Shown here in pieces: positions 12,262 to 24,300 of a stretch of 35,220 nucleotides of DNA. How positions within the stretch are numbered: position 1 is the stretch's first letter; each line of letters begins with the position of its first letter. The translations under genes and the position numbers were made by a program. The notes under the pieces are model-generated. The model was not told where the DNA came from. It worked only from the letters and a program-made list of their open reading frames with translations, and did not search any database. The stretch is from Vicugna vicugna (Eukaryota): assembly GCA_013265495.1 (NCBI GenBank), contig MU057658.1, positions 72,949-108,168 of the forward strand, written 5' to 3'.

Positions 12262-12899
12262 ATGTGCATATGTGCACACATATTTTCTGCCTGGGCATTT
12301 AAATTGATTTAAGTAAAACAAAAATTAAGGGGGGAAAACATTCCACTGAGAGGAAAATATTTGTCCACGGCCAAAGCTACCTGGTAATCAAATGAACAGG
12401 AGCTGAAAATGCCGACTGGTTTGAAACACGCAGCCACCGGCAGTGCAACTCCTCAGTGCCGCGGTGAGGGCCGTGGGGGATGCAGAGCTCTGAGCCCTGG
12501 AGGAGACATCAGCGCAGGCACTCCTCCAAGAAACTGGACTTTAAAGGGAAGAAGAAAGTGTAGAAAGTATCAGAGAGCAATACAGGGCTGTGAGAGAGGG
12601 TTGGGCGAGGGTCAGTTTTGTTTTACAGTGGGCGTTGCTATCCTTGCTGAGTTCCTAGACCTTTGCTGTTGTTCATCTTTGTTCCAAAAGCTTTTTAGAA
12701 AGTTCTTCTCGTTTGAATATCTGAACAGATTAAATCATGTTGGTTTTTTTCTGGTGTTTTATATATTAATTAAAAAATTATCTGGAATCTATTTTAATAT
12801 CAAAATTGAGGACACTGTGCCAGGTCTTCCAATGATTTAGATAATTACTTCAGTACTTGAATCTACTGATTTGAAGAGTCAGTTTTATAATATTACTAA

Positions 12900-13420
12900 A
12901 ATCTCAAAAATATCCACATCTATTCTTGAAATGAACTCTATTTCATTCATACTCTCAGTGCACTATTTCTACACTGTTTCCATGACCATAGATTAATGCC
13001 TCCTACAGTTGGTCCTATTTTATCCTTTTCCAGAATGTCCCTAATACTACAAATTCAAACTTCCCTCTTCTTTATTTTATTTGTATATTTGTGTATATTT
13101 CTGGAAGAACTATATGGTCAACTTTCAGATTTTTTTCTTAAACCCATTTGGGATTATTAACTAAATTTGCATTCAGATTCTAAATTTATTTTGGAGAAAT
13201 AATGTTCTATGTCCCACAAACTTGAGTCTGCCCAATGAAGAGTATGGTGCATTCTACTGCTCATTCAATCATCATTTTTTTTTCTTTTTTTAAGTCATTT
13301 ATCAGAATCATCTTAACCTTTTTCATTAATTTATCTCTGAATAGTCTGTGCCTTTGTTGTCATTATAAATGATATCTTTTCTAGGTTTTGAACTGGGTTG
13401 ATTGCTAATAAACTCCCAAT
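12900..13420 (-). mobile_element. Old L1 ORF2-region relic
   Basis: tttgggatt...aatttgcatt..attcta.atttattttggagaa...ttgagtctgcccaat.aagagtatggt...ttgttgtcattataaatgatatcttt resembles antisense L1M ORF2 sequence. Confidence 0.55.
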
Positions 13421-14764
13421 TTCTGGCTTCTCTTGAATAAGAAGGAGATCTGACAGTGTGGGGCACTCTTTCCAATATGATGACTGTGAGCAGTGCGTTT
13501 CCTTAGGATGTCCACTTGCCAATTTGCCAGTCGCTGCACCCACTCCACACATTTCTGCTACTTAGCTGCCCATTGTAGGCAGATGCGTTCATGTAGGTTT
13601 AGGTGGGTTATGGACACAGATTCTGACATCACTGCTGCCATGCTGCTGAATCTGTGGCTTCACTAACTCTGGTTATTGCTCTCTGACCTCCCTGAATATG
13701 ACAGCTCCCTTTGGGCTGTGGACCTGCTGCATCTTTCCAGCACTGTCGGCTTTTTGCAACATACCCCTGTCTCTCAGGTCAGAAGCAAATGTCAGCTCCT
13801 CCTACCCATCCACCCCAACCACGGTCTTGCCGTTCCTGGCCAGAGTGGTCCCTATCCCTTGACTGAGCAGTAACACTAAAGGGAATATAAGTTTGACTCT
13901 CATCCACTGTCTTAGTTACATACCTGAGCTAGTTTACTTTAAAGGTCTGTCAGTTAGGAGGGGAGGGTTCAAAAGTCTTTTAGATCTCTGGCCTTATCAT
14001 TTCTAACCGCTCCCCCACCCCATTGAACAGCTTACCACAGATCTCTGCTGCCCCGTCTGTAGCAATGCCCTGTAAGTTACAGACAGAGAGAAAAGGACTT
14101 CTAAGCCACCAGCATAACTTTGACTTCCTGTGACCACACAGACCATAGAAATATCAAGATAAAAATTCCTGAAGAGGGATACTTTGCTTAGGAAGACACT
14201 TTAATTGCATACCTTTCTGTGACTTGTAATAACTTCATAGACTCTGAATGTGCTGCACTCACCTTACCAGACTCAAAGGGGCTTTCTCACTTGCCTATTT
14301 TCAGTGTATTTCCTCCAACATTCTCTATGCGTAGCTTTCCCAAAGGTACATTTCTTATTTCTATTTAAATTGTTAGATACATCCACAATATTCTTTTTTT
14401 AATCCTCAATTACAAATCATCTTAAAAGATTGTATTATTTGAACACTGAGAGTGAATAATATGCTTAAAGATTCCCATTTATTACCAGCAAATAAATATG
14501 GTTGGTTGAAGATTTTTAAGTATGTTATTCCTAGTAAGGGTATATACGTGAAAGAAACAGGTTGTAATGAGTCTTCTTCCCAGAGATTTTATATTTGCCT
14601 TTTATTTGGATTCTTTCACTGTTGAACATTATTGTTACCATGAATGACTTTTCTCTTTGGGATTTAGTTCACAATTTTCCCCTCTCTCTTTACAGGAGTA
14701 AAAGAATTTATGTTGTCATTTCATCCATCCACCACTCCATGTTGTGTGTCCATTCTTTCAACAG

Positions 14765-14971
14765 GTATACAGTTTGGGTTCACCACCTTATTTGTGGCAT
14801 GTTTCCTGTGGCCCTTCTGTTGGCTCTGGAGAACAATATACTGGAAATTAGACTGGGTAGGTGGAAACATGACTACCCATTATAGAAGCATGGTGCCAGA
14901 AAAAGCCCTGAACATTGCAACGTGGCAGCCCACCATGAAAGGAACATCAATTCTGGCTGTGGTGGACCAAT
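14765..14971 (+). pseudogene. ANO6: ANO6 pseudo-exon E with three single-base frameshifts
   Basis: Acceptor caacag|; IQFGFTTLFVAC / PVALLLALENNILEIRLGRWK / MTTHYRSMVPEKALNIATWQPTMKGTSILAVV / TN; donor |gtgagt at 14972. Confidence 0.92.
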
Positions 14972-15391
14972 GTGAGTAAAAAGGCTTCATTGGGTGAAGA
15001 CTTAGAAAAGTCCAAAAATGCATTGGCGTTGCTTCCTAAGGAATCCAGTGTTGGGTATTGTTTAATATGAGAGGGAGATGCTAACACTATCATCATTGTA
15101 AACAACAGTTGTTGTAACTGTAATTGTTATTATTTTTAATATATTTATTTTATAATTAATATTTGTGAATTACAAGACATTTACAGAGGCAGTTGTTAAG
15201 AAGTGTGGCCAAAATACTGTTACTGAAGTGTTAATTCAGTAGAAGCATGGTAATAGCATTAATAAGTACACACTCTTTTGATCCTCACATGACTATGAAG
15301 GTAACCCAGCAGTGCTTGTATAATGGAGATGGAAATCAATCCACTTAAGAGTTTGTAGAACCTAAAATAAGAGCAGTCATTCCACCACATT

Positions 15392-18300
15392 TGACTTCGT
15401 GAGTGTGCTGGATGTGGGGAAACAGAGTAGATGCATATTTCTGTGGGCACAGGTGTTCCCAGGCTGGGAGATTTCGGCTAAACACCTCTAATGCCAATGG
15501 AGAGGCACTCGCTAATACTTGAATTTAGAGCCCAATGCCGACATTCCCTCTCAGCCAGACCTAGGAAAACACACGGCAAAGAAAAGCTAAGGGATTCTAT
15601 TAGAACCCAGGCACTGCTATCAGTTGGAGGAGCCTCTCCACACGGAGGATACCAGAAAATTTCTTCGTGTGCGTTCTGGAGGTGGGGATATAGAGTCCAC
15701 GCAACTTTCTAGGGACACAGGAGTTCCCAGGCTGGGGGATGTAAGTTAAACAACTCCACTGCCCATGGAGAGGCACTGGCTAATACTTGGCTTTAGAGCA
15801 CAAACCCCAATTTCCCTCACAGCCTGGCCTAGGAAAACACGCATGGAATAAAGGCTAAGGGATACTATTAGAACCCAGGCGCTGCTGTCAGTTGGAGGAG
15901 CCTCTCCACACACAGAATAACAGAACATGAGTTTGTGTGTGTGCTGGAGGATGGGAGACAGAGTACACGCAACTATCATGGAGCACAGGTGTTACCAGGG
16001 TGTGGGATGTCGGTAAAACCACTCCACTGCCCATGAAGTGGCACCCGTAATTACTTGGCTTAGGAGCCCAACCTACAAGTTCCCTCGCAGCACGGCCTAG
16101 GAAAACACTCAGGGAAGACCAGCTAAGGGATTCTATTAAAATCCAGACGCTGCTCTCAGTTGGAGGCGCCTCTCCATACTCCGGATAACAGAACACGACT
16201 TCGTGTGTGTGCTGGAGGTGGGGTAACAGAGTAAATGCATTTTTTCCAGGGGCACAGATGTTCCCAGTCTGGGGGATGTAGGTTAAACACCTCCACTGCC
16301 CATGGAGGGGCACTAGCTATAACTTGGCTTCAGAGCCCAACCCCCACTTTCCCTCGCAGCCCGGCATAGGAAGACACTCATGGAAGACAAGCTAAGGGAT
16401 TATATTAGAACCCAGGTGCTGCTGTCAGTTGGAGGAACTTCCCCACTCTCTAGATTCCCTAACCCAGTCTTGTGTGGGTAGGAGGTGTCGAGTCCCTCTC
16501 CACGCAGATGCCTGGGGGCACAGGTCTTCCCGTTTAAGGAGAAGTCCTCTAATTTACCTCATCAGCCCATCAGGGGGCACTCGTTGGTACTTGGCCTCCA
16601 AGCACCTCCCTCAGCTTTCCTTCACAGCCCGGTGTAGGAAAATACTCATGGAAGACAAGATAAGGGATTCTATTAGAAGCCTGGGGCTGATGTCAGTTAG
16701 AGGAGCCTCTACACACTCATGATAACAGAACATATCTTCGTGAATGTGTTGGAGGTGGGGAAACAGACTCCATGCATGTTTTTGCGGGCATAGGTGTTCC
16801 CAGGTTGGGGGATGTCGGCTATACACCTCCAATGTCTATGGAGAGGCACTCGCTACTACTTGGGTTTAGAGCCCACCCACACTCTCTCTAGCACTGCGGC
16901 CTAGGAAAACACTCAGGGAAGTCAAGCTATTGTATCCAACAGGAACACAGGCCCTGCTGTCAGTTGGAGGATCCTCTCCACACTCAGGATACCAGAAAAA
17001 GTCTTCGTGTGTGTGCTGAAAGTGGTGTAACATAGTAAACGCATCTTTCTGCGGTCACAGGTGTTCCCAGGCTGGGGGATTTAGGTTCAACACCTGCACA
17101 GCCCATGAAGAGGCACTCACTAATACTTAGCTAAAGAGCACAACCCCCAATTTCCCTCGCAGCCCGGCCTAGGAAAACACTCAGGAAAGACAAGCTAAGG
17201 GACTCTATTACAACCCAGGAGATGTTGCAATTTGGAGGAGCCTCTCCACACTCAGGATACCAGAAAAAGGCATCGTGTGTGTGCTTGAGGAGGGGAAACA
17301 TAGTAAACGCAAGTTTCTGCGGTCACAGATGTTCCCAGGCTGGGGGATGTAGGTTAAACATCTCTAATGCTCATGGAGAGTGACTCGCAAATACTTGCAT
17401 TTAGAGCCCAACCCCCACTCTCCCAAGCAGTGGAACCTTGGAAAACACTTAGGGAATTCAAGCTAAGGGATTCTATTAGATACCAGGCACTGCTGTCAGT
17501 TGGAGGAGACTCTCAACACTCATGATACCAGAAAAAGATTTCGTGGGTGTGCTGGACGTCGGGTAACTTAGGAAACGCATCTTTTTGGTGCACCGTTGAT
17601 CCGTGGCTGGGGGATATAAGTTAAACACCTACACTGCCTATGGAGAGGCACTGGCTAGTACATGGATTTAGAGCTCAACCCTAACATTCCCTTGCAGCGC
17701 GGCTTGGTTTAACACTAAGGCAATACCAGGTAAGGGATTCTACAAGAACCCAGGCGCTGCTCTCAGTTGGAGGAGATTGTCCACACTCAGGATACCACAA
17801 CAAGTCTTCGTGTGTGTGCTGGAGGTGGGGTAACATAGTGAACACATCTTTCTGGGGGCAAAGGTGATCCCAGGCTAGGGGATGTAGGTTAAACACCTCC
17901 ACTGCCCATGCAGAGGGACTCTGAAATACTTGGCTTTAGAGCCCAACCACCACTTTCCCTTGCAGCCAGGCCTAGGAAACACACAGGGAAGCCATGCTAA
18001 AGGATTCTATTACAACCCAGGCGCTGCTGTCAGTTGGACGAACTTCCCCACACTAAGGATTCTGGAACCCAGTCTTGTGTGGGGGTGAGGTGTAGAGTAC
18101 CTGTCCATGCACATGGCTGCATGCAAAGGTGTTCACAGTTAAGGAGAAGTCAGCTAATTTCCTCCTCAGCCCATCTGGATGCATTCGCTGGTACCTGGCT
18201 TCCATGCCCATCCCCCAGCTTTCCTTCAGAGCCCGGAATATGAAAACACTGAGGGAAGACAAGACATGGGATCCAACTAGAACCCAGCCCTGCTGTCAGT

Positions 18301-21300
18301 CGGAGGATCCTCTCAACACTCAGGATACAAGAAAACGTCTTCTTGTGTGTGCTGGAGGAGGGGAGACAGAGTCCACGCATCTATCTTGGGGCACAGGTGT
18401 TCCAATTGTGGGGGATGTTGGCAAAACAACTCCACTGCCCATGAAGAGGCACTCGTAATTACTTGGCTTAGGAGCCCAACCTACAAGTTCCCTCAAAGCC
18501 TGGACTAGGAAAACAGTCAGGGGAGACAAGCTAAGGGTTTCAATCAGAACCCAGGTGCTGCTGTCATTTGGAGGAGCATCTCCACACTTTGGATAACAGA
18601 ACACGTCTTCACGTGTGTGCTGCAAGTGGTGTAACACAGTAAACACATCTTTCTGGGAGCCCAGGTTTTCCCAGGATGAGACATGTAGGTTAAACACCTC
18701 CACTGCCTATCGAGATGCACTCGCTAATATTTGGCTTTACAGCCCAACCCCCACTTTCCCTCGCAGCCCGACCTATTTGTACACTCAGTCAAGACAAGCA
18801 AAGGGATAGTATTAGAACCCAGGCGCTGCGGTCAGTTGGAGGAACTTCCCCACACTCAGGATTCCAGAACCCAGTCGTGTCTGGGGGGGAGTTGTGTAGT
18901 CCCTCTCCACGCAGATGGCTGGGGCACAGGTGCTCCCTGTTAAGGAGAAGTCCGCTAATTACATCCTCAGCCCATAGGGAGGCACTCGCTGGTACTTTGC
19001 CTCGAAGGCCATTCCCCAGCTTTCCTTCACAGCCCGGCCTAGAAAAACACTGAGGGAAGACAACCTATGGGATCCAACTGGAACCCAGGCCCTGCTGTCA
19101 GTTGGAGGAGCCTCTCCACTCTCAGGACATCAGAAATAGTCATCTTCTGTGTGCTGGTGGCATGGTAACATAGTAAACGCATCTTAATGGGGAGACAGTT
19201 TTCCCCAGGCTGGGGGATGTAGGTTAAGCAACTCCATTGACCATGGAGTGATAACCAGTAGTACTTGGCTTTAGAGTCCAACCTCCACTTTCCCTCGCAG
19301 CATGACCTACCATTACACCCAGGGAAGACAAGCTAAGGGATATTATTGGAACCCAGGCATTGCTGTCAGTTGGAGAAACTTCCCCACACTCAGGATTCCT
19401 GAACCAATTCTTGTCTGGGGGAGAGGTGTGGAGTCCCTCTCCACGCAGATGGCTTGGGGTACAGGTGTTACCAGATAAGGAGAAGTCCACTAATTAACTC
19501 CTCAGCCCATCCTGAAGCACTCGATTGTACTTGGCCTCCAAGCCCATCTCCCAGCAATCCTTCACAGCCCGGCCTATGAAAACACAGAAGGAAGACAAGC
19601 TATGGGATCCAACTAGATCCCAGATGCTGCTGTCATTTGGAGGAGCCTGTCCACACTCAGGATACCAGAACATGACTTTGTGTGTGTGCTGGAGGATGGG
19701 AGACTCAGTACACACAACTTTCATGGGGTACAGGTGTTCCAAGGGTGGGGGAATTTGTCAAAACACCTCCAGTGCCCATGGAGAGGCAGTAGTAAATACA
19801 TGGTATTAGAGCCCAACCCACAAGTTCCCTCGGAGCCCGGCCTAGGAAAACACTCAGGGATGACAAGCTATGGGATTCTATTAGAACCCAGGTGCTGCTG
19901 TCAGTTGGAGGTGCCTCTCCACACTCAGGATTCCAGAACACGTCTTCGTGTGTGTGCTGCATGTGGAGTACCATTGAAATCGCATCTTTCTGGGGGCACA
20001 GTTGTACCCAGGCTGGGGGATTTAGGTTCAACACCTCCAAAGCCCATGGAGAGGCACTCGCTAATACTTAGCTGTAGAGCCCAACTCCCAATTTCCCTCG
20101 AAGCCCGACATAGGGATACATTCAGGGAAGAGAAGCTAAGGGATTGTATTAAAACCCAGGAGCTTCTATCAGTTGGAGGAACATCTCCACACTCAGGATA
20201 CCAGAACATGACTTCGTGTGTGTTCCGTATGTTTGGAGACTCAGTACACGCAACTTACATGGGGTACAGGTGTTCCCATTGTGGGGGAATTAGGCAAAAC
20301 ACCTCCACTATCCATGCAGATGCACTCACAAATACATGGTTTTAGAGCCCAACCCACAAGTTCCCTCGCAGCCCAGCCTAGGAAAACACTAAGGGAACGC
20401 AAGCTAAGGGATTCTATTAGAATCCAGGTGCTGCTGTCATTTGGAGGAGACTCTCCACAATCAGGATACCAGAACACGTCTTCATGTGTGTGCTGGAGGT
20501 GGGGTAATATAGAAAACGCATCTTTCTGGGGGCACAGTTGTTCCCAGGCTGGGGGATTTAGGTAAAACATCTCCACTGCCAGTGGAGAGGCACTCGCTAA
20601 TACTTAGATTAAGAGCCCAATCCCCAATTTCCCTCGCAGCCCAACTTTAGTGTACACTCAGGGAAGACAAGCTAAGGGATCCTATTAGACCCCAGGTGCT
20701 GCTGTCATTTGGAGGAGCTTCTCCACTGTCAGGATACCAGAACACTTCTTCGTGTGTTTGTTGTAGGTGGGGTATTATAGTAAATGCATATTTCTGGGGG
20801 CACAATTTTCCCAGGCTGGGGGATATAGGATAAACACCTCCACTGCCCAAGGAGAAGCACTCGCTGTTACTTAGCTTTAGAGTACAACCCCCAAGTTCCA
20901 TAGTAGCCCGGCCTAGGAAAACACTCTGGGAAGCCATGCTAAAGGATTCTATTACAACCCAGGTGCTGCTGTCAGTTGGACGAACTTCCCCACACTCAGG
21001 ATTCCGGAACCCAGTCTTGTGTTGTGGGGAGCTGTGGAGCCCCTCTCCAAGCAGATGGCTGCGGGCAAAGGTGTTCCCATTTAAGGAGAAGTCCGCTAAT
21101 TATCTCCTCAGCCCATCGGGAGGCATTCGCTGTTTCTTGGCTTCCAAGCCAATCCCCCAGCTTTCCTTCACAGCCTGGAATAACAAAACACTGAAGGAAG
21201 ACAAGCTATGGGATCCAACTAGAACCCAGGCCCTGCTGTCAGTCGGAGGATCCTCTCAACACTCAGGATACCAGAAAACGTCTTCTTGTGTGTGCTGGAG

Positions 21301-24300
21301 GAGGGGAGACAGAGTCCACGCATCTATCTTGGGGCACAGGTGTTCCAATTGTGGGGGATGTCGGCAAAACAACTCCACTGCCCATGAAGAGTCACTCGTA
21401 ATTACTTGGCTTAGGAGACCAACCTACATTTTCCCTCGCAGCCCGGCCTAGGAAAACACTCAGGGAAGACAAGCTAAGGGATTTTATTGGAACCCAACAG
21501 CTGCAGTCATTTGAAGGAACTTCCCCACAATCTAGATTCCGGAACCCAATCTTGTGTGGGTGGGAGTTGTGGAGTCCCTCTCCATGCAGATGCGTGGGGG
21601 CACAGGTCTTCCCATTAAAGGAGAAGTCTGCTAATAACCTCATCAGTCCATCCGGGGGCACTCACTGTTACTTGGCCTCCAAGCACATCCCTCAGCTTTC
21701 CCTCCCAGCCCGGCCAAGGGAACACTCAGGGAAGACATGCTGAAGAATTCTATTACAACCCAGAAGATGCTGTCATTTGGAGGAACTTCCCCACACTCAG
21801 GATTCTGGAATCCATTCTTGTGTGTGGAGGAGGTGTGGAGTCCGTCTTCAAGCAGATGGCTGAGGGCAAAGGTGTTCCCAGTTAAGGAGAAGTCCTCTAA
21901 TAACCTCCTCAGCCCATCGGGATGCATTAGTTGGTTCTTGGCTTTCATGCCCATCCCCCAGCTTTCCTTCACAGCCCGGAATAAGAAAACACTGAGGGAA
22001 GACAAACTATGGGATCCAACTTGAACCCAGGCCCTGCTGTCAGTCAGTGGATCCTATCAACACTGAGGATACCAGAAAAATTGTTCTTGAGTGTGCTGGA
22101 GTAGGGGAGACAGAGTCCACGCATCTTTCTTGAGGCAATGGTGTTCCAATTGTGGGGGATGTCTGCAAAACAACTCCACTGCCCATGAAGAGGCACTCGA
22201 AATTACTTGGCTTTGGAGCCCAACCTACAAGTTCCCTCGAAGCCCGGCCTAGGAAAACACTCAGGGAAGACAAGCTAAGAGATTCTATTAGAACCCAATT
22301 GCTGCTGTCATTTGGAGGAGCCCCTCCAACCTTAAGATACCAGAACAATTCTTTGCATGTGTGCTGCATTTGGGGTAACCTAGTAAATGCATCTTTCTTG
22401 GAGCCCAGATTTTCCCAGGATGGGGGATGTAGATTAAACACCTCCACTGCCCACCGAGATGCACTCACTAATATTTGGCTTTGCAGCCAATCTCCCACAT
22501 TCCCTCGCATCTGGACCTTATTGTACACCCATTAAAGACAAGCAAAGGGATACTATTAGAACCCAGGCGCTGCTGTCAGTTGGAGGAACTTCCCCACACT
22601 CAGGATTCCGGAACACAGTCTTGTCTGGGGGGGAAGTGTGGAGTCCCTCTGCACGCAGTTGGCTGGGGGTACAGGTGTTACCAGATAAGGAGAAGTCCGC
22701 TAATTACCTCCTCAGCCCATCCTGAAGCACTCGATTGTACTTGGCTTCCAAGCCCATCTCCCAGCAATCCTTCACTGCCCAGCCTATGAAAACATGGAAG
22801 GAAAACTAGCTATGGGTTCCAACTAGATCCCAGGCGCTGCTGTCAGTTGGAGGAGCCTGTCCACACTCGGGATTCCAGAACATGAATTCGTGTGTGTACT
22901 GGAGGATGGGAGACTAAGTGCACGCAACTTTCATGGGGTACAGGTGTTCCAAGGGTGGGGGAATTTGGCAAAACACCTCCAGTGCCCATGGATAGGCACT
23001 CGCAATTACATGGTATTGGAGCCCAAACCACAAGTTCCCTCGAAGCCCGGCCTAGGAAAACACTCAGGGATGACAAGCTTTGGGATTCTATTAGAACCCA
23101 GGTGCTGCTGCAATTTGGAGGGGCCTTTCCACACTCAGGATACCCGAACAAGTCTTCATGAGTGTGCTGGAGTTGGGGAATCATAGACCACGCATCTTTC
23201 TGGGGGTACAGATGTTCTCAGAATGGGTGATGTCGGCTAAGCACCTCCAATGCCTATGGAGAGGCAGTCGATGTTACTTGGCTTGAAAGCACAACCCCCA
23301 CTTTCACTCACAACGCGTCCTAGGAAAACACTGAGGGAAGACAAGCTAAGGGATTCTATTAGAATTCAGGTGCTGCTGTCAGTTGGAGGAGCCCCTACAC
23401 ACTCAGAATATTAGAACAAATCTTCTTGTGTGTCCTGTTGTTAGGGTAACAGAGTAAACACAACTTTATGGGGTCACAGTTGTTCCCATCGTGGGGGATT
23501 TAGCTTAAACAACTCCAATGCCAATGGAGAGGCAATCGTGAATACTTGGCTTTAGAGCCCAACCCCCACTTTCCTTCACAGCCCGGCTAAGGGAAACACC
23601 CAGGGAAGACAAGCTAAAGGATACAATTAGAACCCATGCGCTGATGTCAGATAGAGGAGCCTCTCCACACTCATGACACCAGAACAAAATTTCGTGAGTG
23701 TGCTGAAAGTGGGAAAACAGAGTCCAAGCATCATTCTGGGGGCACAGGTGTTCCCAGGGTGGGGGATGTCGGCTAAATACCTCAACTGCCTATGGAGGGG
23801 CACTCACTAGTACTTGCATTTAGAGCCCAACCCCCAGTTTCGCTCACAATGCGGCCTACGAACACACTCAGGGAAGACAAGCTAAGGGATTCTATTAGAA
23901 CCCAGGCGCTGCTGTCATTTGAAAGGCCTCTCCACACTCAGAATACCAGAAAACGTCTTCGTGTGTGTGCTGCACCTGGGGTAACATAGTAAACGCATAT
24001 TTCTTGGGGGAATAGTTGTTTCCAGGCTGAGGGATGTTGGTTAAACACCTCCACTGTGCATGGAGAGGCACTCGTTAGCACCTGGCTTTAGAGTCCAACT
24101 CCCACTTTCCCTCACAGCCCGGCCTAAGAAGACACTCAGGGAAGACAAGCTAAGGGATTCTGTTAGAACTCAGGCGCTGCTGTCATTTGGAGGATCCTCT
24201 CCACACTCAGGATACCAGAACAATTCTACGTCTGTGTGCTGGGGGTGAGGTAACATAGTAAACGCATCTTTCCTGGGTCACAGTTGTTCCCAGGCTGGGG

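Larger units (their letters stand above)
1364..14971 (+). pseudogene. ANO6: Unprocessed (intron-containing) partial ANO6/TMEM16F pseudogene, five internal exons, 3' part absent (replaced by satellite)
   Basis: Spliced conceptual translation matches anoctamin-6 motifs in order: [113 protein letters not shown]. Exon phases are consistent with each other. Multiple frameshifts, an in-frame TGA and one lost GT donor. Confidence 0.95.

Noticed and set aside
174..14590. Intronic ORFs of 60-143 aa (e.g. 3237-3626, 6454-6867, 7304-7699, 12409-12840) as genes
   Set aside because: No recognisable protein similarity. Many begin at non-ATG codons and overlap TE relics or low-complexity sequence.
15244..15270. 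gcatggtaatagcatta as the next ANO6 exon (AMIIAF...)
   Set aside because: The resemblance covers only ~5 codons, there is no polypyrimidine acceptor, and the following TSDMIPRLVYYW motif is absent.
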